This document shows positions 26,843 through 40,720 of a stretch of DNA of 64,000 bases, in pieces (the stretch's first letter is position 1; every line of letters starts with the position of its first letter). The notes beneath the pieces are model-generated. The model ran no database searches and was not told where the DNA came from. It saw nothing but the letters and a program-made list of their open reading frames with translations. A program made the translations under genes and the position numbers. This DNA is from Octopus sinensis (Eukaryota), in NCBI RefSeq assembly GCF_006345805.1, contig NC_043005.1:71982001-72046000 (forward strand), read 5' to 3'.

Positions 26843-27062
26843 TACATTATTTACATTTGACAGATATAATAATAATAATATAATAATAATAATAATAATA
26901 ATAACAACAACCACAACAACATTGAAAAATACCTTAGGAATGAGAACCCAGGTTTGAAATTTCCCCAGGACACCTGATGAAGGCTGGAGAGTATATCAGC
27001 CAAAACGTTGTGTTAACAACAAACAAGATGAGGACAAATATCTGTCAAGTGTAAATAATGTA
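26843..27062 (+). mobile_element. Second, internally deleted copy of the hammerhead-bearing fold-back element
   Basis: 23-bp inverted ends (26843-26865 / 27040-27062, 1 mismatch), (AAT)n, and the same pLTR-like segment as 14866-15006. Confidence 0.7.
26969..27014 (+). ncRNA. Minimal type I hammerhead ribozyme motif (G12A)
   Basis: GACAC-CUGAUGA-A-GGCUG[GAGAGUAUAU]CAGCC-AAAA-C-GUU-GUGUU; palindromic ACGU stem III retained; G12 lost at a CpG. Confidence 0.65.
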
Positions 27063-28281
27063 TCTAGGGTTCTGTTGTACAGTGTGTTTTGTTTATTTTA
27101 AAGACACTGAGATTTGGTTGTTATTTCTACTGGGTGAATATTTAAGTACATGCCATGATGCTCCATCATGCATGTGGTTTATGAATAAGGTAGCCGAGGC
27201 AGTGAAAGTAATAATAATAATGAAAACAATCCTTTCTAATATAGACACAAGACCTGAAATTTGTGGAGAGAGTGCTAGTCAATTACATCAACCCCAGTTT
27301 AATCGAACCTGAAAGGATGAAAGGCAAAGTTGACCTCAGTGGAATTTGAAATCAGAATGTAGCAGCAGACGAGATACCACTAAGTATTTCATCTAGCGTG
27401 CTAACGATTCTGCTACCACATGTATATCTTATACATGAGTATTTCATGTGGCGGTGTTTATTTCATTTGCCCCGATCAAGCAGAACTGCGATCAAATGCG
27501 TTCACGATGTACCCATCACTTCTTTAAGCATAAAGTCAGCCCTGATCAAGCAGAACTACTATCAAAGGCTTTTCTAGATGCGACCATCCTTTCTTTCTGC
27601 ATATATCTATGACTACATAATGAACGATATGTCCTTTGTTTAAATAGCATGGTTAACAGGCCAAGCAAGTACTGTAAGGTCTTCCTTATCGGCTGGAAAA
27701 TCTAGCAAGATGAATGACTCTGTAGAGGCTCTGTTGTCAGCTGATGCACAAGTTGTAGAAAAGACATAATTGGAAGGAGATTTGTAACAAAAGCAACATT
27801 CTAACAATGCTCAAATGGATGTAATAAGTAAATACATTGATTGTGTGTCTCTGTAGTGCATATATATATATATATAATATATATATATATTATATATATA
27901 TATATATATGGATATATGGCACATAGTGTGTATGTATATATCCAGATCTACACCAATATATACAATGCTCTATTAAATAAATTATTTCTGAAGGAAATTA
28001 ATTTGAACACCTCTACATTTTTGTTTTCATTCTGGCCAAGTTATTAGCAGTTCTATATCTTTTTTATTGAGTTATATCAGAATACTATGTTGCACACAGC
28101 ACCCAGCATTGGTGGTATAAACATTACTATAAAATTATATAATTTCCTTTCTATTATTATATATAAATAGATTTATTGAATATTCCCTCCATTTTTTCCA
28201 TTTTTCACTCACATAGATTCCTTTCAAATGTACGAATATTAAAATATTATATTTGTTGGTGTCTTTTTTGTTATACCACAC

Positions 28282-28326
<45 letters not shown>

Positions 28327-29099
28327 GGGGAGACAGACAGATAGAGACAGCAACAGATAGGGTAGGTATAGTGCACACATGGATTTTATGTATGTGTATG
28401 TATGTATTTACAATTTATATCTATATATAAATGTGTGTGTATGTATATATATATATATGTATATAGTTTACATATAATATGTGTATATATGTATATTTTG
28501 ATATATATCATGTATGCATGTATATGTATATACTACATACATATTTGTACAAATATGTTTCTAAAAATGCATGTGTATGTGTGAACATATACACACAATA
28601 TATGCATGTGTATATGCTTATACACATGCATAAATATATGATATAATATAAACACATACACATATATCGAATAAATAGTACAGTATACATTATAAAATAT
28701 ATATGTCTGTATATAATTAAATTTATGTAGAATCAGCTTTATTTTATCCACATACCTCAATTATTACAGCTAAAACCTATCTAGTGGTTTGAAATTATCT
28801 CATTATTTTATATAGTACATTCCATTCCTACAAAGATAATAAGCAACATGAAACTTATTAAATCCTATTGATTTTGCTTCTCTTCTCTATTTTTATATTT
28901 TGTCTCTCTCTTTCATGCATGCATGCATGCATGCAGCTCTATATAATATGTGTATTTATAAATGGGAAGAATTTGGCAAAAATAGATATAGATAATAAAA
29001 TGAAGCTTGTTATTTAGGAGAACGTTATCTCTACACAGCAGGCTGGTTAAATTTAAACGACCATAGCACTATTTTACCAATATATTTTCAAATTGATCC

Positions 29100-29317
29100 A
29101 CACGTGTGTGTGTGTGAGTATGTGGGTGCATGTGTGCATGTATACACACACATTTATAGACACAGACACACATACACACACACGTGTATATACACATGCA
29201 CATACAAATAAATCCATATGTATATATGTATATATATATATTCATATATACATACATATATATATATGCATATATATGTATATATATATGTATGTATACA
29301 TATGTATATATATATAT

Positions 29318-29350
<33 letters not shown>

Positions 29351-29590
29351 ATATATATATACATATATATATGTATCAATATATTTATACATATATATAT
29401 ATATATACATACATATATATATGTATGTATCAATATATCTACACACATATACACATGCATATATGTACACACACATATATATATATACATATACATTCAC
29501 ATGTGTGTATATACATATACATACATATATATATATATATGCACATATACATGCATGTGTGTGTGTGTGCATGTGTGTGTACACATGTCC
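29100..29590. repeat. Compound (TG)n/(CA)n/(TA)n array
   Basis: Direct reading. Confidence 0.95.
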
Positions 29591-30301
29591 AATATTGTGG
29601 TATCCTAAAATCTTTGAAAATATCCACAGGAGCTATATATAAATTAAAGCATAGACATTCTGAAAATTTTTCCTGTTTATAAATAATGAAGTAACCTGCA
29701 GTGTTGGATATTGTAGAAACAGCACAAGCATCAAGATTCTCTATATTATAATTCTAAAATTGGTCAAAAGGTGGATGATGGAGTAGGCAGAACGGTAGAA
29801 TACTAAACTAAATGTCTGGAAGCATGTGGTTAGGTCTCTCTTATAATCTCTCTTCAAACCCTGCTGAGCTTATCTTTGCTTTTACTCTTTACGAGGTAAA
29901 TAAAATAAATGCCAGCCAATTACTGGAGTTAATTAAATGATCTGTAAACATTCGCCTCCACCTCCACCCCTACTCCACTAATGTTTGAGGTCTTGTACCA
30001 AGGTTAGGAATAAATGTTAATGGAAGAGGATGCGTTCTCGCTTTAATCATAAATTTTTCTTTGACTGAAATTCTGCTCTGTATGGTTTGAAAGTGACAAA
30101 TCATTAAAGCAGTGAATATCTTTCAAAGATATTAGTAAATCACAATTTGCTTCTGTGACCAAAAGACTTAACTCTCAACAGAGTTTTTAACATCAGATTA
30201 TTATTTTTCAGACTATTAACTTTATCTTTATAGATAAAGCATCTTTTTTTTTTTTTGTTTTTTGTTTTTTGAAACATTTACACTATTCCCAGATATTCTT
30301 T

Positions 30302-30918
30302 TACTCTTTTACTTGTTTCAGTCATTTGACTATGGCCAAGCTGGAGCACCACCTTTAGTTGAGAAAATTGACCCCCAGGACTTATTCTTTGTAAGCCTAG
30401 TACTTATTCTATCGGTCTCTCTTGCCAAACCGTTAAGTGATGGGGACGTAAACACACCAGCATCGGTTGTCAAGCAATGTTGGGGGGACAAACATAGACA
30501 CCCAAACACATACATATATATGTGTGTATATATATATATATAGATATATATATATATGCAAATGTATATATATATACGACGGGCTTCTTTCAGTTTCCGC
30601 TTACCAAATCTACTCACAAGGATTTGGTCTGTCTGAAGCTATAGTAAAAGACACTTGCCCAAGGTGCCATGCAGTGGGACTGAACCCAGAACCATGTGGT
30701 TCATAAGCAGGCTACTTACCACACAGCCACTCCTGCACCTATGTATATATGCGATGGGCTTCTTCCAGTTTCCATCTACCAAATCCACTCACAAGGCTTT
30801 GGTCAGTCCGAGGCTATAGTAGAAGACACGTCCCCCAAGGTGCCATGCTGTGAGACTGAAGCCACAACCATGTGGTTGGTAAGCAAGCTTCTTGCCACAC
30901 AGCCACTCCTGCACCTAT
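30302..30918 (-). mobile_element. Dominant-family SINE with a tandem extra 5' half
   Basis: Full copy 30302-30742 plus a second head/central block at ~30752-30918. Confidence 0.75.
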
Positions 30919-31258
30919 ATGTATATAATATCAGGCTGCAGTTGAAGTAGAAATTATCATTTCGAAACTGAAGATAGTAATCCCACCTAGGTTGTAGATT
31001 AAGCAAGGTACTTTGTAGATAGTCATGATTAAGACACCTGATAGCTATCAAAGTGATTGATATATATTGATTGATACATGCTCTAGATGTTGATGATAAG
31101 GAGCCAGGTTTGTTAGAGCATCAGAAGGAATGTTTTACAATATTTGTTTTAGATCTCAAATCCTTCCAAGTTCAGCTTTGCTGTTCATGGATTCAGCATT
31201 CAATAAATTCCTATTCAAGAACTAGTCATTTCTCTTTTCTCATTTCTCACTTTATTTT

Positions 31259-31354
<96 letters not shown>

Positions 31355-31889
31355 GGCTCTGGCTCTGTAATACAAATACCTTGTTTTCATAAGTTTTGAA
31401 TTAAAACCTTCCACCAAACCTTAATCACAATTTATGTTCCTATCACCAGCTTAATGATAACTAAGTTATTTTACTAAATTCTTTGATATATTTGAAATTA
31501 ATTGAAAGAAACAGAGCAACCCAAAATAAAATGCAGTAACAAAAGGGTTAAAATGCCCAGGAGATGCCATATGTCACATCTTCCCTGTGACTCTTTCAGG
31601 GGTAGGGAACTCAAGGAGAGAAAAAGAGTCTTAGCATAATTGTTACAAAATGTTTCTATCTGTATGTCTGTAAATAAACTAATATCCTGAAAATTATAAT
31701 TGAATTACATAAAGCTCATCTCAGACATTAACACATTTAATTAAACGTTGTACATAATTAATTATATGTAGGTAATGAGTGTGGCTTCATTTATCAGTTT
31801 AAGCTTGGAATACTGAATTGAATTTTTTATCATGGAATTACAATAGGTGCAGAAAGACTGGTGTGTTAGGTCATCAATTTGCATGTTAA

Positions 31890-32109
31890 TTCTTTTGTTA
31901 CCATATTTCTGTTGAAATATGCTTTCTTGCTTCAGCTAATTTTGAAAAATAACAAAAAAATATAGTAAAATAATTTTTTTTATAATTAAGCCAATGTTTG
32001 GAGCATAAATTAATATGGAATTTTGATGGAAAATGTTAATCTAGATTGCTTTATAACGTAAAGTTTGGTTGAAAGAGCCATGAGCAGTCTCAGGTTGATA
32101 TCAAAAGAA
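31890..32109 (+). mobile_element. Decayed piggyBac-like TTAA MITE
   Basis: TTAA on both flanks (31886-31889, 32110-32113); internal similarity to 55923-56143, 5260-5420 and 31380-31550. Confidence 0.6.
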
Positions 32110-32320
32110 TTAAAACACTACACAACAGAAAATAGCAACACAAGGATTCTTCAGATGGATAGGTGATAGGAAGAGGAGATAAACAAGAAATTAAAAAAAT
32201 GTATTTCATCTTGTTAATTCTTTTCCTGTTCCTTATTTTGATATGCATGATGAAGCACAATCTGACTGATTTAGAATGTTTTAAACCTTGATGCTGCCTG
32301 TTTCTGCATTTCTTAATTTA

Positions 32321-32428
32321 AATCTCACAACATCAGGTTTGTATTTCATCCTTCGAATCTCACATCATCAGGTTTGTATTTCATCCTTCGAATCTCACAT
32401 AATCAGGTTTGTATTTCATCCTTCGAAT
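32321..32428. repeat. 35-bp minisatellite, 3 copies
   Basis: AATCTCACA(A/T)(C/A)ATCAGGTTTGTATTTCATCCTTCG at 32321, 32356, 32391. Confidence 0.95.
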
Positions 32429-32510
32429 GTGAAAAATATTTGTTTCGATAACACAGGGGAACAATTTTGAACATAATTCCTGATCAGTTTGCTTTTTTCA
32501 CTTGATTTAG

Positions 32511-32620
32511 ACTAAAACTGTCATACAGGTCTCAAAACTACACTCAGTTTTCTTCTATCATGTCAAAGATATTTTTTCTACATCTTACTATCTGAATAAG
32601 CACCATCATATTGTTCATCC
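32511..32620 (+). CDS. Candidate exon (phase 0-2): TKTVIQVSKLHSVFFYHVKDIFSTSYYLNKHHHIVH(P)
   Basis: Strong acceptor gcttttttcacttgatttAG, consensus donor CC|GTAAGT, only one frame open. Confidence 0.5.
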
Positions 32621-33379
32621 GTAAGTAATTGAACTGCTCAGATGCTTTCATTATTTTACTGATAATTATCAATGAAATAATGGATAATAATTCATTCTGT
32701 TTGAGACATTTGAGATTTTCCTTTCCTATAAAGAAATGGCCTTAATTTTCTATGTTTATTTGGTGAATTCTCATTTTGCATTGATGTTTCTTTTACTTGC
32801 TTCAGTCTTCAGACTATGGCCAGACTGGAGCATCACTTTCAAGGGTTTCACCAAACAAATTGGCTATAGTACTTATTTTAAAATCTGGTACCATTGTTCT
32901 CTTTGCCAAACTACTAAGTTGCAAGGACTTAAGCCCATATTGATAGTCTAGTGATTGCAGGGGAAAAAACACACACATACACACAACACATGCTCACACA
33001 CATAACAAGTTATTAGTGAGGGATTATCAATCCAAGCTAAATACTCTCTGTTAGTACTCCAGGCTACAATATTGTTTAATTTAGTAAAGAACTCAATGAA
33101 TTCTTGTAGCGAAGACCAAGGTTATAGTTCATCACCATTCTATATTGTAAATATTGTGTTCCAGTTAGATTGGGCTTTTACACAGTCATATACAAGACAA
33201 GGCATAAAATAATGGTCATTAAATATTTTTGCTTATTGTAGTAAATTTGACTTACTGCTGTTTCTGGTAGCATTATAGGTTTGTTATTGATAGCTTTAAA
33301 CGGCTGTAAGAGAAATATTTACTACAATAAAAAACAATATATAATGATCATTATTTACGCCTTGCATTATCTCTCTCTC

Positions 33380-33438
<59 letters not shown>

Positions 33439-33570
33439 TTTACATAGACACAGTAATTCCTTGACTATCGTGGCTGTTAGGTTCCAAGATCTCCCATGAT
33501 AGGTGAAAATCTGCAAAGTAGAAACCATACTGTACTATATATATATTTATATATATATATATATATTATA

Positions 33571-33980
33571 TAGGCGCAGGAGTGGCTGTGTGGTAAGTAG
33601 CTTGCTTACCAACCACATGGTTCCCGGTTCAGTCCCGCTGTGTGGCATCTTGGGCATGTGTCCTCTGCTATAGCCTCGGGCCAACCAATGCCTTGTGAGT
33701 GGATTTGGTAGATGCAAACTGAAAGAAGCCTGTCGTATATATATATATATATATATATGTGTGTATATGTTTGTGTGTCTGTGTTTGTCTCTCTAGCATT
33801 GCTTGACAACCGATGCTGGTGTATTTACGTCCCCATCACTTAGCGGTTCGGCAAAAGAGACCAATAGAACAAGTACTGGGCTTACAAAGAATAAGTCCCG
33901 GGGTTGGTTTGCTCGACTAAAGGTGGTGCTCCAGCATGGCAGCAGTCAAATGACTGAAACAAGTAAAAGAGTAAAAGAGT
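33571..33980 (+). mobile_element. Dominant-family SINE, full length, young
   Basis: Starts TAGGCGCAGGAGTGGCTGTGTGG, CpGs retained, tail AAGTAAAAGAGTAAAAGAG. Confidence 0.85.
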
Positions 33981-35439
33981 ATATATATATATATATATAT
34001 AATATTAAATTAGAGATAAAACCACTATTAGGCAAATCAAACAATGAAAAACTTAAGCCAATACATAAAATTAATTAATTTATATATATAAAATTCCCTC
34101 ACAAAGTATTGCTTAGCCTGAGGCTATAGTACAAGAAGTTCAAGGTGGTGCAATGTGAGACCCTTAACCACACAGTCATGCCTATTAAATTTTATTGAAA
34201 ATGTACAACTCTTTAGGTATCTAAGTTGGGAAAATCTACATTTTGCTTAAGTAGGGCATTTTTACTCTTAAAGAATTTCTACATGTTTCATTTTATTTAA
34301 CATTTTTAGAGCGAAAATCAGATATATCCATGCAAAATTTCTTACATCTTTAACTGAGGAAAGCAGTTTTGAAACTAGTTTAAATGCTAAAGAGTTCATA
34401 GCATAACGATTGTGAAGAAATCTTGATTCATGTGATTATCTTGGTTCATGTGATTCTCAAATTGTGTGGTCTTAACTCTGTTACTGTACAAATCATAAAT
34501 GTCCACTCAAAATTTCATCACCCTTGACTGAGGAAAGCGGTTTTATATAACAATCTAGTTTTTGTTGAGGAATTCCTGTTTTAAACTATATTTCATTGTG
34601 ATTTATTGAATCTATTGAGGAAATGTGACTTGCAGGAAACACTTGTTCTACCTTTTGGAAGATATTTAACATAATTACTGAAATAACCATGAAATTTAAT
34701 TTCACAGTTAAAGGGTTAAGGCTTACAATAGATACAAACATAAATCAATGAACTTGTTTTTTGCATTTATATTGTTACCTATTTTACTAGTGAGTATTGG
34801 GGTTGAATTTTTAAAAAAATAAATTAATAAATTTGGAGTGAAATATAATATAATTTGATATTAAATTTCACTATATCAAGCTTACTATGCAATATCATTA
34901 TCAAAATGTTAAAACAAAAAAAATATAATCGGCTTTCATTGTTAAAAAAAAAAGACAAGACAACAAAAATTCAACTCAGACTTGTATCAAGCAAATGAAA
35001 TGCCCTAGTAACTATTTCCAAATAATTTCAACTCAAATTTTATTAGTAATTTAAGAAATAAAATGGAAAAATAACCATATCCCATGAGATGTGTGCATGA
35101 ATATTGGTATAAACATGTTAGCTTAACAATAGTACTTTTAATATTTAAATTGTCAACAACAACAATGCAGATAAAGGTGGTAACAGTAAGGATTGCAAAT
35201 ATACACTTAATGGAAGTTACTTTTTACAGTCTGACTGTCTGTCTGTCTATTTGTTTGTCTGTCTGTCTGTCTCTGTCAATGACTCTCTCTCTCTCTCTCA
35301 CCATCTTTTCCTCTCAGACAAAATTTCGCAATAAAATTGTTTATTTGACTTCTTCCTGAACAAATTGTCACAGAGGATTAATAGCAGTTTATATTTTTCT
35401 CATCTAGCTTTAAACTTTGTTTTTTGCTTATTCTATTTC

Positions 35440-35492
<53 letters not shown>

Positions 35493-35606
35493 TTATGTAT
35501 ATATATATGTATGTATATATATATGTATGTATATATATATATATGTATGTATATATATATTGTATGTATATATATATATATGTATGTATATATATATGTA
35601 TGTATA

Positions 35607-35663
<57 letters not shown>

Positions 35664-35672
35664 GTATGTATG

Positions 35673-35719
<47 letters not shown>

Positions 35720-35795
35720 GTATATATATATATGTATATATATATATATGTATGTATATATATATATGTATGCATATATATATATATGTATGTAT
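35440..35795. repeat. (TA)n/(TATG)n array
   Basis: Direct reading. Confidence 0.95.
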
Positions 35796-36177
35796 TTACA
35801 ATTTTGTAAAACTTTTATTTGACATTTTCACCATTCAAGCCTCTGCAGAGTTTGGTTCATAAAGATTAATTTATTGATTGATGTTAAGAAATCCAACCCA
35901 CTGTGTCGTTCAATATTACTCACTCAGCAGTATTCATTTCAAAATAACTTGTAATGCCAAACTTAAAACGTTGGTGCTCAAAAAATTACAGAAAACTAAT
36001 GTCTGCATGAAAGATACATAATTGGGAAGCTGTTTAAATATACGCCTCCATATTGTCACATGCACACACAAACACACACATAGTAACATAGTTCCCTTTT
36101 GCTGTGATCAGAAATCTGTACATAATCTCAATTATAAACATGCTACTAATGATTGCATGTGTGTATATATAAATATA

Positions 36178-36470
36178 TCTCTTATTATAAAAGGCAGATT
36201 TTATCTGCCTCCCTTTGGGAGTTATACAAATCTACAATATAGGATTTCTTCAATTACAATTTACCTACCATTTTTAAGAGTAGAATGCATCGCGTCATGC
36301 CAGGTCCAGTTTTTAAAATTTAAACTCCAATTAAGCAAAATTTACAGAAAACTCACATTCTGGTGTGTGTGTCAAATGCTTTTCTTAGTCTGGTTTACAC
36401 CACACGCAAACGCACACACACAGTGTGTAACGAATAAAATGAAAGTAAATAGCGACAGAGTGATTTGAGG
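36178..36470 (+). mobile_element. Possible non-autonomous Helitron 5' portion
   Basis: a|TCTCTTATTATAAAAGG start resembles Helitron 5' ends and CpGs are retained; no 3' CTAG/hairpin found. Confidence 0.35.
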
Positions 36471-37025
36471 AAGACTAAACTGAAAGTATTTAAACCACTA
36501 CTCAAAAAATAAAAAAACACAGCAAACAGAAACAAATAAATACATAACCATTTACTCCTCACACAATTTCTTGAATTAGAATTTACCTAAGATTTTTCAG
36601 AGTACTTCAGTGGGTGATGCCATAAAAAATTTCTTTCAATTTTACCACCAATTAAGACAAAATTCGAGAAAACTCAATATTTTAACATATCACTCCGAAA
36701 GCATTGATGTACATGTATGCGTGCGTGAGTTGTGTGTGGTCATTCCTCACACACACGCATACACATACATATACAACTACATACAACTACATACACATAC
36801 AACTACATACAAACACGTGTGTGTTTGTTATTAGTAAAAAAGGCGCCAAAACTCAACTCACTTATCATTCCAACACATTTGCAAAGACACACGGACGGAC
36901 AGAAAAGGTAAATTGGTTTTTATTTTACTCTGTATATATTTTATTATATAATATTATATATAGATATATGTTATATAATTGCAGTATGAAACAGTGTTTA
37001 TGTATAAACAGACGACACTTATATT

Positions 37026-37344
37026 AGTTACCAAGCCGCCCGAATTTACCTATTCATATTTAAATGAGAATATCAGAGCAAATCTCTTTAGTACATTCGT
37101 GAAAACACGTATTATACTTCGTAAACACTTCAACTACAGTTTTGTACAAAAATCGAAGTGTAATTTTAATTCCGTGAATTATGGGAGATTTTTTTCCGAA
37201 ATTTGTTCCTATTGTGTTTTCAAAATTTGTAATTCTGACAAAAAATGGATACGAATTTCATTATATCAAGCAGCGAGTCAGAATTCGAAGGATTTTCTAC
37301 TGAAGACCTTCATAAATCTAACTCTATGACTGAAAAAAAAAGCA
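37026..37344 (+). mobile_element. piggyBac-like left end with start of a transposase-like ORF
   Basis: GTTACCAAGCCGCCCGAA resembles the TIR of the TTAA MITE; ATG at 37245 gives MDTNFIISSSESEFEGFSTEDL (acidic EFEGF-type N-terminus). Confidence 0.45.
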
Positions 37345-37739
37345 TCTTTATATAAGAGTGAAGTTGTGTGTCTGTCTCCTACGATTTAGATTCCTAACTA
37401 CTCCTACATTTTGCGGTGCAGTTTAACCAAAAGCGGGTATCTTATAGTCGTGATTCATATCGAGCCCTTCTGGGTATTAGCGTGCGTCTACGATGAGTCT
37501 ACGATTTAAAAAAAATTTACCATCATATTTTTCCATTTTAATGATTTTTTTTTCGCTTTTATATAAGGGAAGTAACTCTCTAAAAATATCTACGATGTGT
37601 CAACGATTTAAAAAATAATTTACCTTAATTTTTTTTCAATTTTTAATGCATTTTTTTGCTATTTTTTGGCTATAACTCTCTAAAAATGCTTATATATTAT
37701 TTCCCTTACAACCCGAGCAACGCCGGGCGATACTGCTAG
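37345..37739 (+). mobile_element. Non-autonomous Helitron, complete
   Basis: Inserted between A and T; 5' TC; 3' GC-rich hairpin CCCGAGCAACGCCGGG (37712-37727) then CTAG; internal ~100-bp duplication. Confidence 0.85.
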
Positions 37740-37770
37740 TATATATATATTTACACACACTCATATATAT

Positions 37771-37824
<54 letters not shown>

Positions 37825-37829
37825 GATAG

Positions 37830-38278
37830 ATAGATCAAAGGCCCTGCAATGGAATTTCAACATCAACAACAGGGTATTTTTGTTTGTTTGTATGTATATA
37901 TGTGCAGATTTGTATGTTTTATGTATGTACCCTCATGCATATAGTTACATATCTATGCATGCTCATATATATTTAAATGATAAACTTCTGGCAAGATTTT
38001 TACAGCTCTAGTGATGGATTGGATCTCTAATCTTCGAATTAGCTTTCTCCTTTCTGGTTTTGAGAAGCCTGATTTCTCAAGATTGGCATTTAGGCAGTGT
38101 GTTACATATCCCAGGGCCCCAATAATTACAGGTATAAATATGAATTTGCAATCTGGATAGAGTAACTGCAGATTTCTGAATAGTTCAGCTAAGTGTTCTC
38201 TTTTTCACTGATCCTCAGCTTTACGTTAACATCTGCTGGGCAGCTAATTTCCACAACTCTGCACAGCTTATCTTTCTC
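37830..38278 (-). mobile_element. RLE-type non-LTR retrotransposon 3' end (second family)
   Basis: EKDKLCRVVEISCPADVNVKLRISEKENT / AELFRNLQLLYPDCKFIFIPVIIGALGYVTHCL...; frameshifted RLE C-terminus bounded by TA/TG microsatellites. Confidence 0.75.
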
Positions 38279-38327
38279 TATATATGTATGTATGTATGCA
38301 TGCATGTATGTACGTGTGTGTGTGTGT

Positions 38328-38406
<79 letters not shown>

Positions 38407-39313
38407 GTGTGTGTGTGTAAAATGTTAATTCCAGTTGGGTGATCAAAGTAATTCACAAAAATGAAATGTCAGAAATATCATATTTGGTTTATTGTTACTT
38501 ACAACATGGTCAGATTTTTTTAACTGTTGTTTCTATGAAGCAGATATACTGGCAGTGTGTGTGTGTGTGTGTGGTTGGGAAGCAGACTTCTTACCATACA
38601 AGCATACCTTATTATATTTATGGTTGGTTATATCTCAAAATTCAGTGCAAGAAATGTTAACCAGCTATATTGTTTAATATAAGTTTTGCACTACCTTTAT
38701 TTTATTCATCTTGTGAAAACCAGTTGAAGAATGCACCTAATATAATAAAGGTTCTTCCTGATTCATATAGACTCATAGGCCCAATTTCCCACTTCCCCTG
38801 GCATATATAGTCCTCCCTTGGACAGGATGCTGGACCATCACAGGATTACCTTGTTTTGGCAGCTGAGTGAACTGGAGCAACATGGAGGGATGTGTTTTGC
38901 TCAGGAACGTGTGTCATCCAGTCCAGGAATTGAAACCACAGTCTTACTATCATATGTCCAACACCCCTAACAACTGAGCCACACACCTCCACAATGCACC
39001 TAATGGGTTTGTGTAAACAGAAATTGTCTTTTGTGGTTTGTTTGAAGATCCTAATCCTAGAATTAGGGGCAAGGGAATCCAATACCCTTTCACATTTTTC
39101 TTTGTTTCCGTCATTAGACTGAAGCCATGCTGAGGCACTTCCTTAAAGGGTTTTAGTCAAGTGAACTGACTCCAGTACTTATTTAATCTTTCTTGTAACC
39201 CTTGTACTTATTCTTTTGCTGAACTGCTAAGTTATGGGATGTAAACAAACCAACTCCAGTTCTCAAGCAGTGGTGGGGAAAATTGCAAACACAAAAGCAC
39301 ACACAGACACACT

Positions 39314-39347
<34 letters not shown>

Positions 39348-40254
39348 TATATATATATTTACATGATGGGCTTCTTCCAGTTTCCATCTGCCAAATCTAC
39401 TTACAAGGTTTTGGTTGGCCTGCTATTCATTTTTTTCAAGTGCTGCACTTAATGCACCCATCACTTAGTTCATGGTTAGCTTTATAGCAGCAAATGTTTT
39501 GTTACTCTGTAGTTTTTCAAGACATCATGGCTATCCATTGTCTAAAGCATTTTCTTTAAGTGACTTTTTTTTTTGCCATATGAATCTTTTGTGACTAAAT
39601 TTTCAATGGTGATTTGTCTCTTTTAAACAATTATTTTAAAAGGTGAATTGTTATAAACTTCTGAGATATTTTCAGTTACTCACATTGAAATGTATAAAAG
39701 ATTTTTCAAAACTGAAAGCTTATTAGCATGCATTTTTTTTTTTAATGATGACTTTCAAAGTGAGATGACATTTACACTTGCCATTTCAACTCGCAGCTTT
39801 CTGCAAAGACAAATAAAACAAATGTCACGTGCAATTTGAATTGTACTAAGAATTCTTATGACTAATTAAACAGCAAGATGTTTAAAGCAGCAAGCTGGCA
39901 GAACCATTAGCATGCTGGATTAAATGCTTAATAGCATTTTGTCCATCTCTATGTCATGAGTTCAAATCCCACCAAGATTGATTTCGCTTTTCGTCCTTTT
40001 GGTGTTAATAATACGACTACCAGTTGAACACTAGGGTCAATATAGCTGACTTAGCCAACTTCCTCATATTTGCTGACCTTGTCCCCCAAAATTTGAAACC
40101 AATTAGGTGAATACTTAAAAAGCATTTATTTACTCTCTTTGTATTTTCAATAATTCTACTGTTTTCCAACACCCATTTGTGTATGAATGATAAAACAACA
40201 AAACTTATGTGAGCTGGTTCAAACAACATAGATTAAAGCAGAAGGTTGGTACGA

Positions 40255-40720
40255 CTGTTCACTGTCTTGGATATTTCAGTCTCGTAAAACAGTTAAGTCA
40301 AATAAGCAAATACAATCATTCATCAACAGATGCTTGCATAGTATACTTAAAATTAAATGGCCCGAACACATAAGCAATATTTAGCTATGGCAAAGAACAA
40401 ATGAAGTTTCGATTAGGGAGCAAATATTTAGGAAAAAGTGGAAGTGGATTGGTAGCACAATTAGACAAGACACACCAAATGTAGCGAAAAGTGCTTTACA
40501 GGGGAATCCAGATGGATATAGAAAGAAAGATAGACCTAAGAACTCGTGGCGTAGATCAACACAAAAGGTACTAGAGAAAGGGGGACACTCATGGCAGAGT
40601 ATAAGTACAGAGGCCAAAAGTTATGCAACATGGAATTCAACTATAAGCGGCCTTGGCTTCTGTACTTATACTCTGCCTCTGCATTGGAGGGTTAAAGGCA
40701 TAAAGAAAGAAAGAAGAAAA
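40255..40720 (+). mobile_element. RTE-clade LINE 3' fragment
   Basis: QIQSFINRCLHSILKIKWPEHISNI*LWQRTNEVSIREQIFRKKWKWIGSTIR...GYRKKDRPKNSWRRS, resembling the RTE C-terminus; (AAGA)n tail. Confidence 0.8.

Noticed and set aside
32321-32428. 35-bp repeat as CRISPR array or tandem hammerheads (minus strand has CTGATGA...GAAA)
   Set aside because: No spacers, eukaryotic context, and no stem II can form.
36979-37329. 116-aa plus-strand ORF
   Set aside because: Runs through a transposon terminal region; the transposase-like words are in another frame.
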